From the NCBI GenBank assembly GCA_030693825.1, contig JAUXZV010000023.1, positions 102,984 through 139,345 of the forward strand: DNA of 36,362 nucleotides. Direction: 5' to 3'. Of the stretch, positions 27,374 to 36,011 are shown piece by piece. Below the pieces are notes generated by a model that worked only from the letters and a program-made list of their open reading frames with translations, was not told the origin of the DNA and made no database searches. Positions within the stretch are counted from its first letter, which is position 1. The number at the start of each line of letters is the position of its first letter. Made by a program: the position numbers and the translations under genes. Source of the DNA: Myxococcales bacterium. Lineage in GTDB: Bacteria > Myxococcota > Myxococcia > Myxococcales > Myxococcaceae.

Positions 27374-29042
27374 GCGGGCCGTACAGCCTTCAAGGCCCGG
27401 ACCTCCGTCGTTCTTCCAGCACCTCGTCCTCCTCTGGCAGCTGCGCCTCACCATCGGCTTCAACCGCAGCGATGGCAGACACCGCTGGTTCTCGGTCGTC
27501 GCGTTCGTGTTCTCGGCCTCGCCGTCGGTCGTGCTCGCGCTGATGTTCTACCGCTTCATGCAGCACCCGGTAGTGGCGGGCTCCGACGCGTGGGGCGACT
27601 TCCTGGTTCGCCTCTTGTTGTTCGTCACGAGCGCGACGTGGGTGACGTGGCCGGTGTTGTCGGCTGGCGTCGACGACCACTCGGAGCTGTCGCGCTACTC
27701 GGCGTTCCCCATCTCGAGCTTCCGCCTCATGTTGGCGTCGACGCTGGCGAGCCTGTTCGAGCCACGCACCTTCGTCTTCTACGGCCCGCTCGTCGGCGCG
27801 ACGGTGGGGTACCTGAAGAACCGGCCGCCCGAGTCGTGGGCGCTGGTGGTGGTCGGCTTCGCCTCGTACGTGCTGCTGAACGCGGCGCTCTCACGCGTCG
27901 GCCTGCACGTGATGTTGAACCTGCTGCGGCAGGCGCGCTCGGCCGAGCTGATTGGCGGTGGCTTCGTGGTGAGCCTCGTGGTGGCGGCGTTCATTCCCGC
28001 CGTCGACACCGAGTGGCTGCTCCACCTCAACGAGGTCGGCGCCGCAGCGGTGCCCGACACCATCATCGAGAACGCGGCGCTGGCGCTGGGGCGGTTTCCC
28101 ACCGGGTGGTTCGGCCATCTGTTGCGCGCGAACTGGGCGGGGCGGCTCGAGCTCGCGGCGGCCGACGCGCTCGCCACGCTGGAGCTCAGCCTCGTCGCGC
28201 TCGTGGTGGCGTGGGGGCTCTTGCTGCAGTTCCACCGCTTCTCGGGGCGCGCGGGCTCCATCTCGAACCAGGCGCGGGCGTCGAACCCGTTCGCGCACAC
28301 GAAGAGCACGTTCTCGACGTTGGTCGTGCGTGAGGCCATCGACCTCTGGAACAACCCGCGCGCGCGGCTGCTGGCCTCGGTGCCGTTCGTGCTCGCGATT
28401 CTGCTCAAGCTGCTGTCTGGCCGCGCGCTGTTCGTCTTCCTTCTCGGGGCCTCAGCCGACGCCTGGGTGATGGGCGGCCTCACGGTGTACGGGGCCATCG
28501 TCTTGTCCTCGACGTTCTCGCAGAACGCGTTCGCCTACGACGGCCACGGCTTCACGGTGTTCCTCTCCTCGCCGGTGCCGGTGGGAGAGGTGCTGCGCGC
28601 GAAGAACGTGGTGCACGGCGCGGTCGGCGGCGTGATGGGCGTGCTCGTCGTCGTCTTCTACTTGGCGTACTTCCGGGCCGGGAGCGCGCTCGACGTTACG
28701 TGCGCGCTGCTCTCGGTCATCGCGCTGGTGCCGGTCTTGCTCACCGCGGGCAACTTCCTGTCGCTGTATTTCCCCGTGAAGTTCCACGCCAACCTGAAGC
28801 GTCGCGACACGCTGCCGTTCGCGGCGTCGATGCTGGGGCTCGCGGCGGCGTCGATTGGCACCGCGCCGTTCGCGACCGCGATGAAGCTCGTCGGGAAGCA
28901 GGGGCCGAACGTGATGACGGCGTTGCTCATCGTCTTCTCGGCCGTGCTCGCCTGGGCCGTGTACCGGCTCACGTTGCCCGTGGTGCTGAGGCTGCTCGAT
29001 CAGCGGCGGGAGCGCATTCTTCGCGCCGTCACCCGGGAGTAG
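27363..29042 (+). CDS. Putative ABC-2-type transporter permease (polytopic membrane protein, 559 aa)
   Basis: GTG start overlapping the ATPase stop by 11 nt. About 10-12 hydrophobic helices. No specific family recognised. Confidence 0.6.
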   Translation: MQAERAVQPSRPGPPSFFQHLVLLWQLRLTIGFNRSDGRHRWFSVVAFVFSASPSVVLALMFYRFMQHPVVAGSDAWGDFLVRLLLFVTSATWVTWPVLSAGVDDHSELSRYSAFPISSFRLMLASTLASLFEPRTFVFYGPLVGATVGYLKNRPPESWALVVVGFASYVLLNAALSRVGLHVMLNLLRQARSAELIGGGFVVSLVVAAFIPAVDTEWLLHLNEVGAAAVPDTIIENAALALGRFPTGWFGHLLRANWAGRLELAAADALATLELSLVALVVAWGLLLQFHRFSGRAGSISNQARASNPFAHTKSTFSTLVVREAIDLWNNPRARLLASVPFVLAILLKLLSGRALFVFLLGASADAWVMGGLTVYGAIVLSSTFSQNAFAYDGHGFTVFLSSPVPVGEVLRAKNVVHGAVGGVMGVLVVVFYLAYFRAGSALDVTCALLSVIALVPVLLTAGNFLSLYFPVKFHANLKRRDTLPFAASMLGLAAASIGTAPFATAMKLVGKQGPNVMTALLIVFSAVLAWAVYRLTLPVVLRLLDQRRERILRAVTRE

Positions 29043-29203
29043 CGCCGAACGGTGGGGCGGCTCCGCCCTGACGGATGAATGAGGATCAGGTGACGCCCTT
29101 TCGGGGGGGCCCTCGCCTTTTCGTCTGTCGCCGTGTGTCACACTCCAGCCCACCACTCGTTCCGCTCCCTGGGCAGTGAACAACGCAGTCGTGTGAGGCA
29201 TCG

Positions 29204-29770
29204 ATGGAGCCCATGGTCGACGAAGAGTTGGTCTGTCTCAGGGAGCGGCGGCTGGTGAAGGTCAGCCCCGACGGAGAACGTTCCATCAGCTGCACGGAGC
29301 GCTGCCCGCTCGAGGCATGTGCCCATGGTGTGGCCGCCGGGCGCTGTGGGCTTCGCTTGTGCGGTGAGCTGGTCAGCCCGCTGGTGACCGTGCTGGATGC
29401 AGAGCTCTCGGTCGCCGAGGCGCTCTCCGTGCTCGACGCCGCCCACCTCTCGTCTGCTCCCGTCGTCGACGACAACCTGGTGCTCGTGGGTCTGGTCTCG
29501 ACCTCCGAGCTCCACGCCGCTGAAGCCGGACTCGACGTGGAGGTCGAGGACGCGATGACGACGTCGGTGGTGGCCGTGTCGGACCGCGCCACCGTCGCAG
29601 AGATTGCCCAGGTGATGGACGAGCACGACCTCGACCGCGTCCCCGTCGTCACCAGCGAAGGTCAGCTGCGCGGCATGGTGACGGCCATGGACCTGGTGCG
29701 GTGGTTCCGGCGGCACGCGCTCCCCGTCGAGGTCGACGCGCCGGAGCAGGCCGTGGGCGCGCATCGCTGA
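29204..29770 (+). CDS. CBS-pair domain protein with an N-terminal Cys-rich (possible zinc-ribbon) segment
   Basis: Two CBS-like segments (LVTVLDAELSVAEALSVLD...APVVDDNLVLVGLVSTSEL and MTTSVVAVSDRATVAEIAQVMDEHDLDRVPVVTSEGQLRGMVTAMDL) are preceded by 6 Cys within 45 aa. GAGG RBS. Confidence 0.7.
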   Translation: MEPMVDEELVCLRERRLVKVSPDGERSISCTERCPLEACAHGVAAGRCGLRLCGELVSPLVTVLDAELSVAEALSVLDAAHLSSAPVVDDNLVLVGLVSTSELHAAEAGLDVEVEDAMTTSVVAVSDRATVAEIAQVMDEHDLDRVPVVTSEGQLRGMVTAMDLVRWFRRHALPVEVDAPEQAVGAHR

Positions 29771-29778
29771 ACGTCGAC

Positions 29779-30243
29779 TCAGTCGCAGGTGACAACGGTG
29801 CACGCGCCCCACAAGCCAATGCGGCTCGTCTTCGCCTGCGACTCGTACGTCTCGAACTCGTCGCGCCGCGCGCCGCCCGATGGAGACACGTACAGCGTGC
29901 ACGCGTAGCCCTGCTCGACGAGCGTGCGGTTCAGGTCGACGCCGTTGACCTTCACGTAGGCCAACGTTCGCCCGAACCGGTCGGTGCAGCCGGCCTCGTC
30001 GTAGCTGAGCTCCACCGTCTTGCCCGTCACGGTGTCCGAGGTGAACTGCGCGGCTTGCTGGCCGAAGCAGTCGGTCTTGCCGTTGGTCGACTCGGGCGTG
30101 TCGACGAGGAGCAGGCGCACCCGCTTGCCGTCAGACAGCTCGAGCGTATCGCCATCGATGGCGCGGCTGACGACGGCGGTCGAGGGCCCGCAGAGGCTGG
30201 GTGGCGTGGGCATTCCACAGGCCGCCACCATGGGCATCATCAC
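29779..30243 (-). CDS. Thermonuclease (staphylococcal nuclease / SNase fold), probably secreted or lipoprotein
   Basis: IDGDTLEL (Ca ligand Asp), RVRLLLVDTPES (Arg35, Asp40, Thr41, Glu43 equivalents), DRFGRTLAYV (Arg87 equivalent) and IGLWG align with SNase catalytic residues. The start is unclear: GTG 30243 gives a short MMMPMVAAC lipobox, and there is no canonical start upstream in frame. Confidence 0.8.
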   Translation of the reverse strand: MMMPMVAACGMPTPPSLCGPSTAVVSRAIDGDTLELSDGKRVRLLLVDTPESTNGKTDCFGQQAAQFTSDTVTGKTVELSYDEAGCTDRFGRTLAYVKVNGVDLNRTLVEQGYACTLYVSPSGGARRDEFETYESQAKTSRIGLWGACTVVTCD

Positions 30244-30272
30244 CAGCGCTGCGCTCCAGGGCTTCGAGCGCG

Positions 30273-32588
30273 TCAGGGCGCGCCGCCGTCACAGAGGGGG
30301 TTCAGCTCGGTCGGGCTGCCGTAGTCGCCGGGCCCGGCGTCGGTGGCGAAACGGTTCGGCGCGATGCACAGGTTCGCCGGCACGTCGTTGATGGCGGGCG
30401 TGATGAGCATCGGGTCGATCAGCAGCTCACCGGGCACCTGCCATGACTTGCCGCTCGTCGACCGGAAGAAGGCGATCTCGTCGATGCCGGCGTCACCGCG
30501 GAAGAGCCGCAGCAGCTCGTTGCCCGAGCTGCTGATGCCGATGGTGAAGGTGGCGATGGGGGGCGGTAGCCCGCCGTTGAGGAACGCGTTCGCGCTGCGC
30601 GCGAGAATCGCGTACGTCGTCGCCGGCACGCGCAGGCAGTTCGACGAGGCGATGGTGTTGCGCGTGCCTGCACCGTTGGCGACCGAGAGGCCATTCAGGT
30701 CGACGTCGGTCGTGGCGTACACCTCGAACCAGGTTCCGACCGTGGTGCTGACCGACGGGCTTGGCATCACCTCGGTGATGACGAGGTCGCCCGGCTCTGC
30801 GGCGACGATGGGCCGCGGGGTGCCGTTGTCGAGGCAGGTGCCCGTCATGGCTTCCGGAGCGCAGACCGGGTTCGCCGCGCCAGGGGTGCCAGAGCTGCCA
30901 GGCGTGTACTCGCTGCTGGTCGGCGTGTCGCACCAGTTGGCCTCGACCGCAGCGAGCGCAGTCGTGGGCGTCGCAGGCCCACCGAGCATGCGGCTTCGCC
31001 CGGAGCGCGCCGTGCGCACCCACGTGTATTCACCGACGACCTTCGTGTCGCAGCGAACGCCCACGGTGCCCGACGAGTTGTTCAACGCGCCCAGGTCTGC
31101 GCCGTAGGCGTAGCTGATCCACGCGGGGTTCGGCCCGGTGCGCACGTCGCCGACCGCGACCGCCTGGCCCGGCGGCACGATGACGGAGCTGCGCACGACG
31201 TGGGACCTGGGGGTCGTCGCGCCCTGGCGGTAGGTGAGCGTGAGGCCCGCGAGGTCGATGGGCGCGGCCGTCGTGTTGAAGAGCTCGAACCACTCGAGGC
31301 CGGTGTCGGTGCTGGGCGGGTCGACCATCACCTCGGTGACGACGAGGTCGCCCCCGTCGATGGCGTTGCAGTCGAAGGTCGGCAGGCCGCCGTCGGGCAC
31401 CACCACGACGCCAGAGTCCGCCGCGCAGGCTCCGTTGGCCGCGGCGGGCGTTCCGAAGTCGCCCGCGCTCCCCATCCACGCTGAGCTGGCTTTGCAGAAC
31501 GAGTCAGGGGTGTCGTTGAGGCTGGGCAGAATCTCGTCGGGGTTGGCGAGCAGCTCGGGTCGCACCTGCCATGAGACGCCGGTCTGCGAGGCGAAGAAGG
31601 TGGCGTCGTCGATGCCGGCATCACCACGCACCAGCCGCAGCCGCTCATTGGCCGACGAGAGGCTGACCGAGAACGTCGCCACGGCCTTCGGCAGGCCGCC
31701 GTTGACGAAGGCGTCGTTCGAGCGCGCGATGATGTTGTACGACTGCGCCGCCACCGTGAGGCACTCAGGCGAGGTGAGCGTGGCGCGGCTGGTGCTCGTC
31801 GCGATGGCGAGGCCGTTGAGGTCGACGTCGGTGGTGGCGTAGAGCTCGATCCACTCGCCGAGGGTGTCGGTGACGGCCCTCGGGCTCGCCATGACCTCGG
31901 TGATGAGCAGGTCTCCGGCCTCGGCCGCGACGATGGGGCGGGGCATGCCGTTCTGCAGGCAGGTGCCGACCATCGCCTCGGGAGCGCACTGCGGGTTGGG
32001 GCCGCCGGGCGTGCCGTAGCCGCGCGGCGTGTACTCGGTCGAGGTGGGCGTGTCGCACCAGTTGGCCTCGTTCGAGACGCGCGAGGCATCGGGGTCGACG
32101 CCACCGCCGAGCATGCGGGAGCGGCCCGAGCGCGCGGCGCGCGAGTAGCTGTACTCGTTGATGGCCGTCATGCCGCAGCGAATGGCGACGGTGCCTGAGG
32201 TCTGGCTGAGCGCGCCGAGATCGTCTCCGTAGCTGTAGCCAATCCACGAGGGGTTGGGGCCCGAGCGCACGTCACCGAGCGCGAGGTAGCCGCGGGCCGG
32301 CACCTGCACCGAGGCACGAACGGTGTGCGACTTCGCCGTCGAGGTGCCTTGCCGGTAGGTGATGGTGTAGCCGCGCAGGTCGATCGGCGTGCCGAGGGTG
32401 TTGAAGATCTCGATCCACTCGGCGCCGGTGTCGGTGCCCTCGGGGTCGAGCATCAGCTCGGTGATGACGAGGTCTCCAGCCACGCGGCCTTTGCAGGCGT
32501 CGGTGGGCATCTCGACGGGCGGGGTACACGACACGGCCGCGACGGCCGCCACCAGGAACATCACTCGAATTGAAGGCACGTTAGTCAT
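30273..32588 (-). CDS. Lipoprotein composed of four lamin-tail domains (LTD) arranged as a tandem A-B-A-B duplication
   Basis: Four LTD signatures (GDLVITELMLDPEGTDTGAEWIEIFN...IDLRGY; GDLLITEVMASP...GEWIELYATTDVDLNGL; GDLVVTEVMVDPPSTDTGLEWFELFN...IDLAGL; GDLVITEVMPSP...GTWFEVYATTDVDLNGL). Start ATG 32588 (MTNVPSIRVMFLVAAVAAVSC) overlaps the upstream stop within ATGACTAA. Confidence 0.75.
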   Translation of the reverse strand: MTNVPSIRVMFLVAAVAAVSCTPPVEMPTDACKGRVAGDLVITELMLDPEGTDTGAEWIEIFNTLGTPIDLRGYTITYRQGTSTAKSHTVRASVQVPARGYLALGDVRSGPNPSWIGYSYGDDLGALSQTSGTVAIRCGMTAINEYSYSRAARSGRSRMLGGGVDPDASRVSNEANWCDTPTSTEYTPRGYGTPGGPNPQCAPEAMVGTCLQNGMPRPIVAAEAGDLLITEVMASPRAVTDTLGEWIELYATTDVDLNGLAIATSTSRATLTSPECLTVAAQSYNIIARSNDAFVNGGLPKAVATFSVSLSSANERLRLVRGDAGIDDATFFASQTGVSWQVRPELLANPDEILPSLNDTPDSFCKASSAWMGSAGDFGTPAAANGACAADSGVVVVPDGGLPTFDCNAIDGGDLVVTEVMVDPPSTDTGLEWFELFNTTAAPIDLAGLTLTYRQGATTPRSHVVRSSVIVPPGQAVAVGDVRTGPNPAWISYAYGADLGALNNSSGTVGVRCDTKVVGEYTWVRTARSGRSRMLGGPATPTTALAAVEANWCDTPTSSEYTPGSSGTPGAANPVCAPEAMTGTCLDNGTPRPIVAAEPGDLVITEVMPSPSVSTTVGTWFEVYATTDVDLNGLSVANGAGTRNTIASSNCLRVPATTYAILARSANAFLNGGLPPPIATFTIGISSSGNELLRLFRGDAGIDEIAFFRSTSGKSWQVPGELLIDPMLITPAINDVPANLCIAPNRFATDAGPGDYGSPTELNPLCDGGAP
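30300..32480 (-). repeat. Internal ~1.08-kb tandem duplication (two LTD-pair modules) within the LTD lipoprotein gene
   Basis: Protein halves (residues ~50-385 and ~415-770) are collinear and highly similar, including the RSGRSRMLGG and NWCDTPTS(T/S)EYTP segments. Nucleotide identity not computed. Confidence 0.6.
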
Positions 32589-33711
32589 CCTCTTCACTGC
32601 GGTCGGCCCGTTTCTGATCATCAGTCAGCAGCTTCTCGAGCGAGGTCGACGGCGCGAGCACCTGCCCGGGGAGTGAGACGACCACCTGCAGCCGCTCCCA
32701 GCCCTTCTCGTTCTTGTACTTCTGCACGGTGCCGCGCACCTGCACGTATTCACTCTTCTTGAACTGCACGCCGGTGGACAACAAGACGTCGCGGTCGAAG
32801 AAGACGACGTCGAAGTCGTTGGTGCGGGTGCGGGCGAGCTTCACCACCGAGGGCCCGGTGCCTTCGCTGTATTTCAGGTCGCTGACCGAGCCGAGAATCG
32901 TCACCTCCTGGCCGACCTTGCTCTCGAGCTTCAGCATCGCGTCCCAGCGGGTGAGCGCGATGTAGTGCTCCGGGTCTTCGACGGCGGCCTTCTCGAAGCG
33001 GGTGATGACGGCCGCGCGCTCGGCCCACCACTTCAGGCGCTCCTCGTAGTCGGGGTAGGCCATGGCGCCCTGCTTCCAGATGCCGCGCTGGCCTTCACGC
33101 GCCTCGCGCTCGGCGTCGACGAACTCTTTGTGGAAGCGGCGGCTGCGGCCGTACTTCACGAAGTAGGGCGAGAAGCCGGCCCGCACACACTCGACGTTGT
33201 AGTTCACCCACTGGCCGTTCTTCTTCGCGAACACGTAGGCGAGGTAGCGGTTGTAGAAGTCGCGGATCTCGCCGGGGTGGTCGCGCTCCATGCGCACCTC
33301 GCGAACGTCTTCGAAGAAGGCCTGCGCGTAGTGCTTGGCGTCTTCGCCCAGTGGCGTGGCGTACTTCGCCGGCCGCGACGACGTTCCCTGCATCTGCTTC
33401 TTGTATTGCTCCCAGCCCGCCGCGAACGCCGCGCGCTCGGAGTCCTTCTTGAACGTCTCTTCGGTGTCGAGGCCCAGCAGACGCAGCGACGCTGGCAGGC
33501 CCTTGACCTTGATGGTGTCGCCGTCGAGCACCGACGAGGCGCCCTCGATGGGGAACTCGCCGAGCTCGAGGCTGACGGTCTCGAGGCGCTTGAGCAGCGA
33601 GCGGGTCTCGTCCTTCGTGAAGCGCTTGGACTGCTCCGTGGTGACGCCAGCGCACGAGAGCGCCAGGAGGAGCGCGGTGACGGCGAGAAGGCGAAGGGGG
33701 AGCGAGATCAT
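32581..33711 (-). CDS. SNase-fold nuclease lipoprotein with a C-terminal ~200-aa extension (possible OB-fold / nucleic-acid binding)
   Basis: Lipobox LLLALSC. VLDGDTIKVKG, LRLLGLDTEE, FYNRYLAYVF and GIW conserve the SNase catalytic and Ca-binding positions. It starts 6 nt after the upstream OMP stop. Confidence 0.75.
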   Translation of the reverse strand: MISLPLRLLAVTALLLALSCAGVTTEQSKRFTKDETRSLLKRLETVSLELGEFPIEGASSVLDGDTIKVKGLPASLRLLGLDTEETFKKDSERAAFAAGWEQYKKQMQGTSSRPAKYATPLGEDAKHYAQAFFEDVREVRMERDHPGEIRDFYNRYLAYVFAKKNGQWVNYNVECVRAGFSPYFVKYGRSRRFHKEFVDAEREAREGQRGIWKQGAMAYPDYEERLKWWAERAAVITRFEKAAVEDPEHYIALTRWDAMLKLESKVGQEVTILGSVSDLKYSEGTGPSVVKLARTRTNDFDVVFFDRDVLLSTGVQFKKSEYVQVRGTVQKYKNEKGWERLQVVVSLPGQVLAPSTSLEKLLTDDQKRADRSEEDD

Positions 33712-33717
33712 GGTGGG

Positions 33718-35925
33718 TCAGAAGCTGGTGCGGAGGTCGAGGAGGAAACGATGCTCTGGAGAGGGCTGCCGGCGCAAGGTCGAGGCCCGTTGGTCGAGCC
33801 ACACGAACAGGTCGTAGCGCGCCGCGACGCGCGTGCCCTTGAACGGAATCCACGCGGCCTCGAAGAACGTCCACAGCGAGTCTTCGTAGGTGGTGGGGCT
33901 GTCGATGCCCTCGGCGCGCAGGCGTGAGCGCAGCCGCAGCGAGAGCCAGTCGACCGGCTGACTCATCGCCTCGACCCAGACCTGCAGGTCGTTGCGAAAG
34001 TTCTCGCGGTACGCGCTCGAGAGGTCGTCGCGCCACGAGAACGAGGCCTGCTCGGTGAAGCCCAGGCGCTTGCCGAAGGGGCGCACGTCGATGCGCTGCA
34101 CGACGCGGTACGAGTCGCAGGTGAAGAAGGTGACCTCGCCGTCGAAGTCGTCCGGGGTGTTGAAGAACTCGGGCATGCCCGAGACCACCTGGGTCTGGCT
34201 GCAGACCCCGCGTTGGCTGACGGCGAGGTTTCTGTCGCTCAGGCGGAACCAGATGCTGGGCTTCAAGCCCCTGAAGCCCGTGAAGTCGACGCGCGTGAGG
34301 AGGATGAGGTTGGTGGTGCCTGCGCGGCCTCCCCGGCCGGCGAAGGGCAGCGTCCAGAAGTCGGCGGTGGCGCGAAACTGCCAGTCGCGACTGAACTTGC
34401 CGAAGTAGCGCACCCGCGCGCCGAGCTCGTTGCGCGCCCGCTGGCCGGCGTCTTCGTCGGGCCCTGAGAACGGCCGTGCGTAGGGGTTGAGGAACCGGTT
34501 GTCGTAATAGCGGAAGACGACCTCGAGCTCGTGGCCCTTGGGCGCCCAGGTGGTGCGCTGCACGGCGCCGAAGCCGCCGCCCTGGTTGTTGATGGCCTTG
34601 TCGAAGCTGCGCGTCACCTCGAGGTGCAGGTTGACGGGGCCGAGCACGGCCTGCGCGTCGACGCCGATGGCTCCGTAGGCGCCCCCGTTGGGGTAGCGCG
34701 AGGTGTCCTGGAAGTCGGGCTGCACCGCGCTGCCTGGAGGCACGGTGTTGAAGAAGGGCACCGCGCCGTACCCCGTGATGCCGAAGCGAAGGGCGTAGTT
34801 GGGCTTGAAGTCGACGTGGCCGCCGGCCGAGAGCTCGTCGAAGAAGCCAGGCAGGGTGGCGTAGCGAAGCCGCCATGGGGTGCTCGGGTCCTGCGGGTTC
34901 AGGATGGAGATGCGCGGCGAGCTGCAGTCCGAGTCGGTCGACGAAGGGTCGAGGCAGGTGGCGCGATCGTACAGATCGTACTGGTACACGCCGCGCGACT
35001 GGTACGAGAGGAAACCGTAGAGCGAGAGCGAGCGCTGGTCGCCGAGGTCGAGGTTCTCGATGCTGCCGGCGACGCCGCGGAAGGCGTCGCGCGTCGCGTA
35101 GTCGGCGGTGACGTAGCGGCTGCCGTCCTGGCACTCGGGTGGCGGGGTCGCGCCGGTGTCGACGCTGGTGCGGCAGAGGGTCGAGAGGTCCTGGTTTCGC
35201 CTGAAGTCGTCGGTGAGGTAGAGGCCACGCGGGGTCACCCGGCGCGTGTTGTCGAGGGTGAGGCGCTCGCCGAAGCCGATGGTGAAGGTGCCGACGATGA
35301 CGCGGCGGTTGCCGTTGAGCCACTGCAGGAACAGGCGCGGCGCGTCGAGGCGGTACCTGTAGCCTTCGGTCGCGAGGCCCTGGAGCGTCTGGTCGAAGCG
35401 GGGCTGCACCGGGTCGAGCCGGCTGGTGACGAGCATGGCGCCGGCGGTCAGGTCGAGCGGGCCCCTGAGCCGGGCCGCGAAGAGCGCCGGCGGCGCGAGC
35501 GAATCGGTCAGCGTGTATTGGGTGAGCAGGCGAAGCTTGCCGCCGATCGGCAGCTTCTCTTTCACCGGCTCGAGCGAGATGTAGACGGCGATGCCGATGA
35601 GCTGCTCGGCGGTCATCACCCCGGCGCCGACGAGCTCGGCCGGGTCTTCGATGCGGCCCTTCTGCGTGCGGTAGAGGATGAGCTTGTCGACGTCGTCGTA
35701 GGTGAGGCCGGGCAAGTCATAGAGCCTCTCGCGCGGCGCCGAGTTCAGGTCGACGCCTTCACGAAGCAGCTCGAGCAGGGTGTCGCCGGTGTCCTGCGAG
35801 ATGTCGCCTCGCTGCACCATCGCGAAGATGTCTTCTTCGTCGTCGGCGTCGACGACGGCCTCGTAGATGGCCCCGAACGCGGAGGCCGACCACAGGCAGG
35901 CTGCAAAGGCGATGACCGGGCGCAT
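33718..35925 (-). CDS. Predicted outer-membrane beta-barrel protein with an N-terminal ComEA-like helix-hairpin-helix DNA-binding domain
   Basis: Signal peptide MRPVIAFAACLWSASAFGA. The HhH segment DLNSAPRERLYDLPGLTYDDVDKLILYRTQKGRIEDPAELVGAGVMTAEQL matches the ComEA-type pattern (DLNTA...LPGIG...I..YR...G.F...EDL..V.GIG). The remaining ~600 aa are rich in alternating aromatic/Gly beta-strand patterns and end in a terminal Phe (...LDLRTSF). ATG at 35925 with a GGGTGG SD-like sequence upstream. Confidence 0.65.
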   Translation of the reverse strand: MRPVIAFAACLWSASAFGAIYEAVVDADDEEDIFAMVQRGDISQDTGDTLLELLREGVDLNSAPRERLYDLPGLTYDDVDKLILYRTQKGRIEDPAELVGAGVMTAEQLIGIAVYISLEPVKEKLPIGGKLRLLTQYTLTDSLAPPALFAARLRGPLDLTAGAMLVTSRLDPVQPRFDQTLQGLATEGYRYRLDAPRLFLQWLNGNRRVIVGTFTIGFGERLTLDNTRRVTPRGLYLTDDFRRNQDLSTLCRTSVDTGATPPPECQDGSRYVTADYATRDAFRGVAGSIENLDLGDQRSLSLYGFLSYQSRGVYQYDLYDRATCLDPSSTDSDCSSPRISILNPQDPSTPWRLRYATLPGFFDELSAGGHVDFKPNYALRFGITGYGAVPFFNTVPPGSAVQPDFQDTSRYPNGGAYGAIGVDAQAVLGPVNLHLEVTRSFDKAINNQGGGFGAVQRTTWAPKGHELEVVFRYYDNRFLNPYARPFSGPDEDAGQRARNELGARVRYFGKFSRDWQFRATADFWTLPFAGRGGRAGTTNLILLTRVDFTGFRGLKPSIWFRLSDRNLAVSQRGVCSQTQVVSGMPEFFNTPDDFDGEVTFFTCDSYRVVQRIDVRPFGKRLGFTEQASFSWRDDLSSAYRENFRNDLQVWVEAMSQPVDWLSLRLRSRLRAEGIDSPTTYEDSLWTFFEAAWIPFKGTRVAARYDLFVWLDQRASTLRRQPSPEHRFLLDLRTSF

Positions 35926-36011
35926 CGAGCGGCGCCACCCTACCCGCAAACAGCAGGCAGGATCGTGACCCTTTCACTCGTCAGGAAACGGCAAGGTGAC
36001 GCCACTGAAAC

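Noticed and set aside
33095-35323. 742-aa minus-strand ORF and the 494-aa plus ORF at 34531-36015
   Set aside because: Alternative or antisense frames over the HhH/beta-barrel gene. Extreme Arg/Pro/His bias and no signal peptide or motifs.
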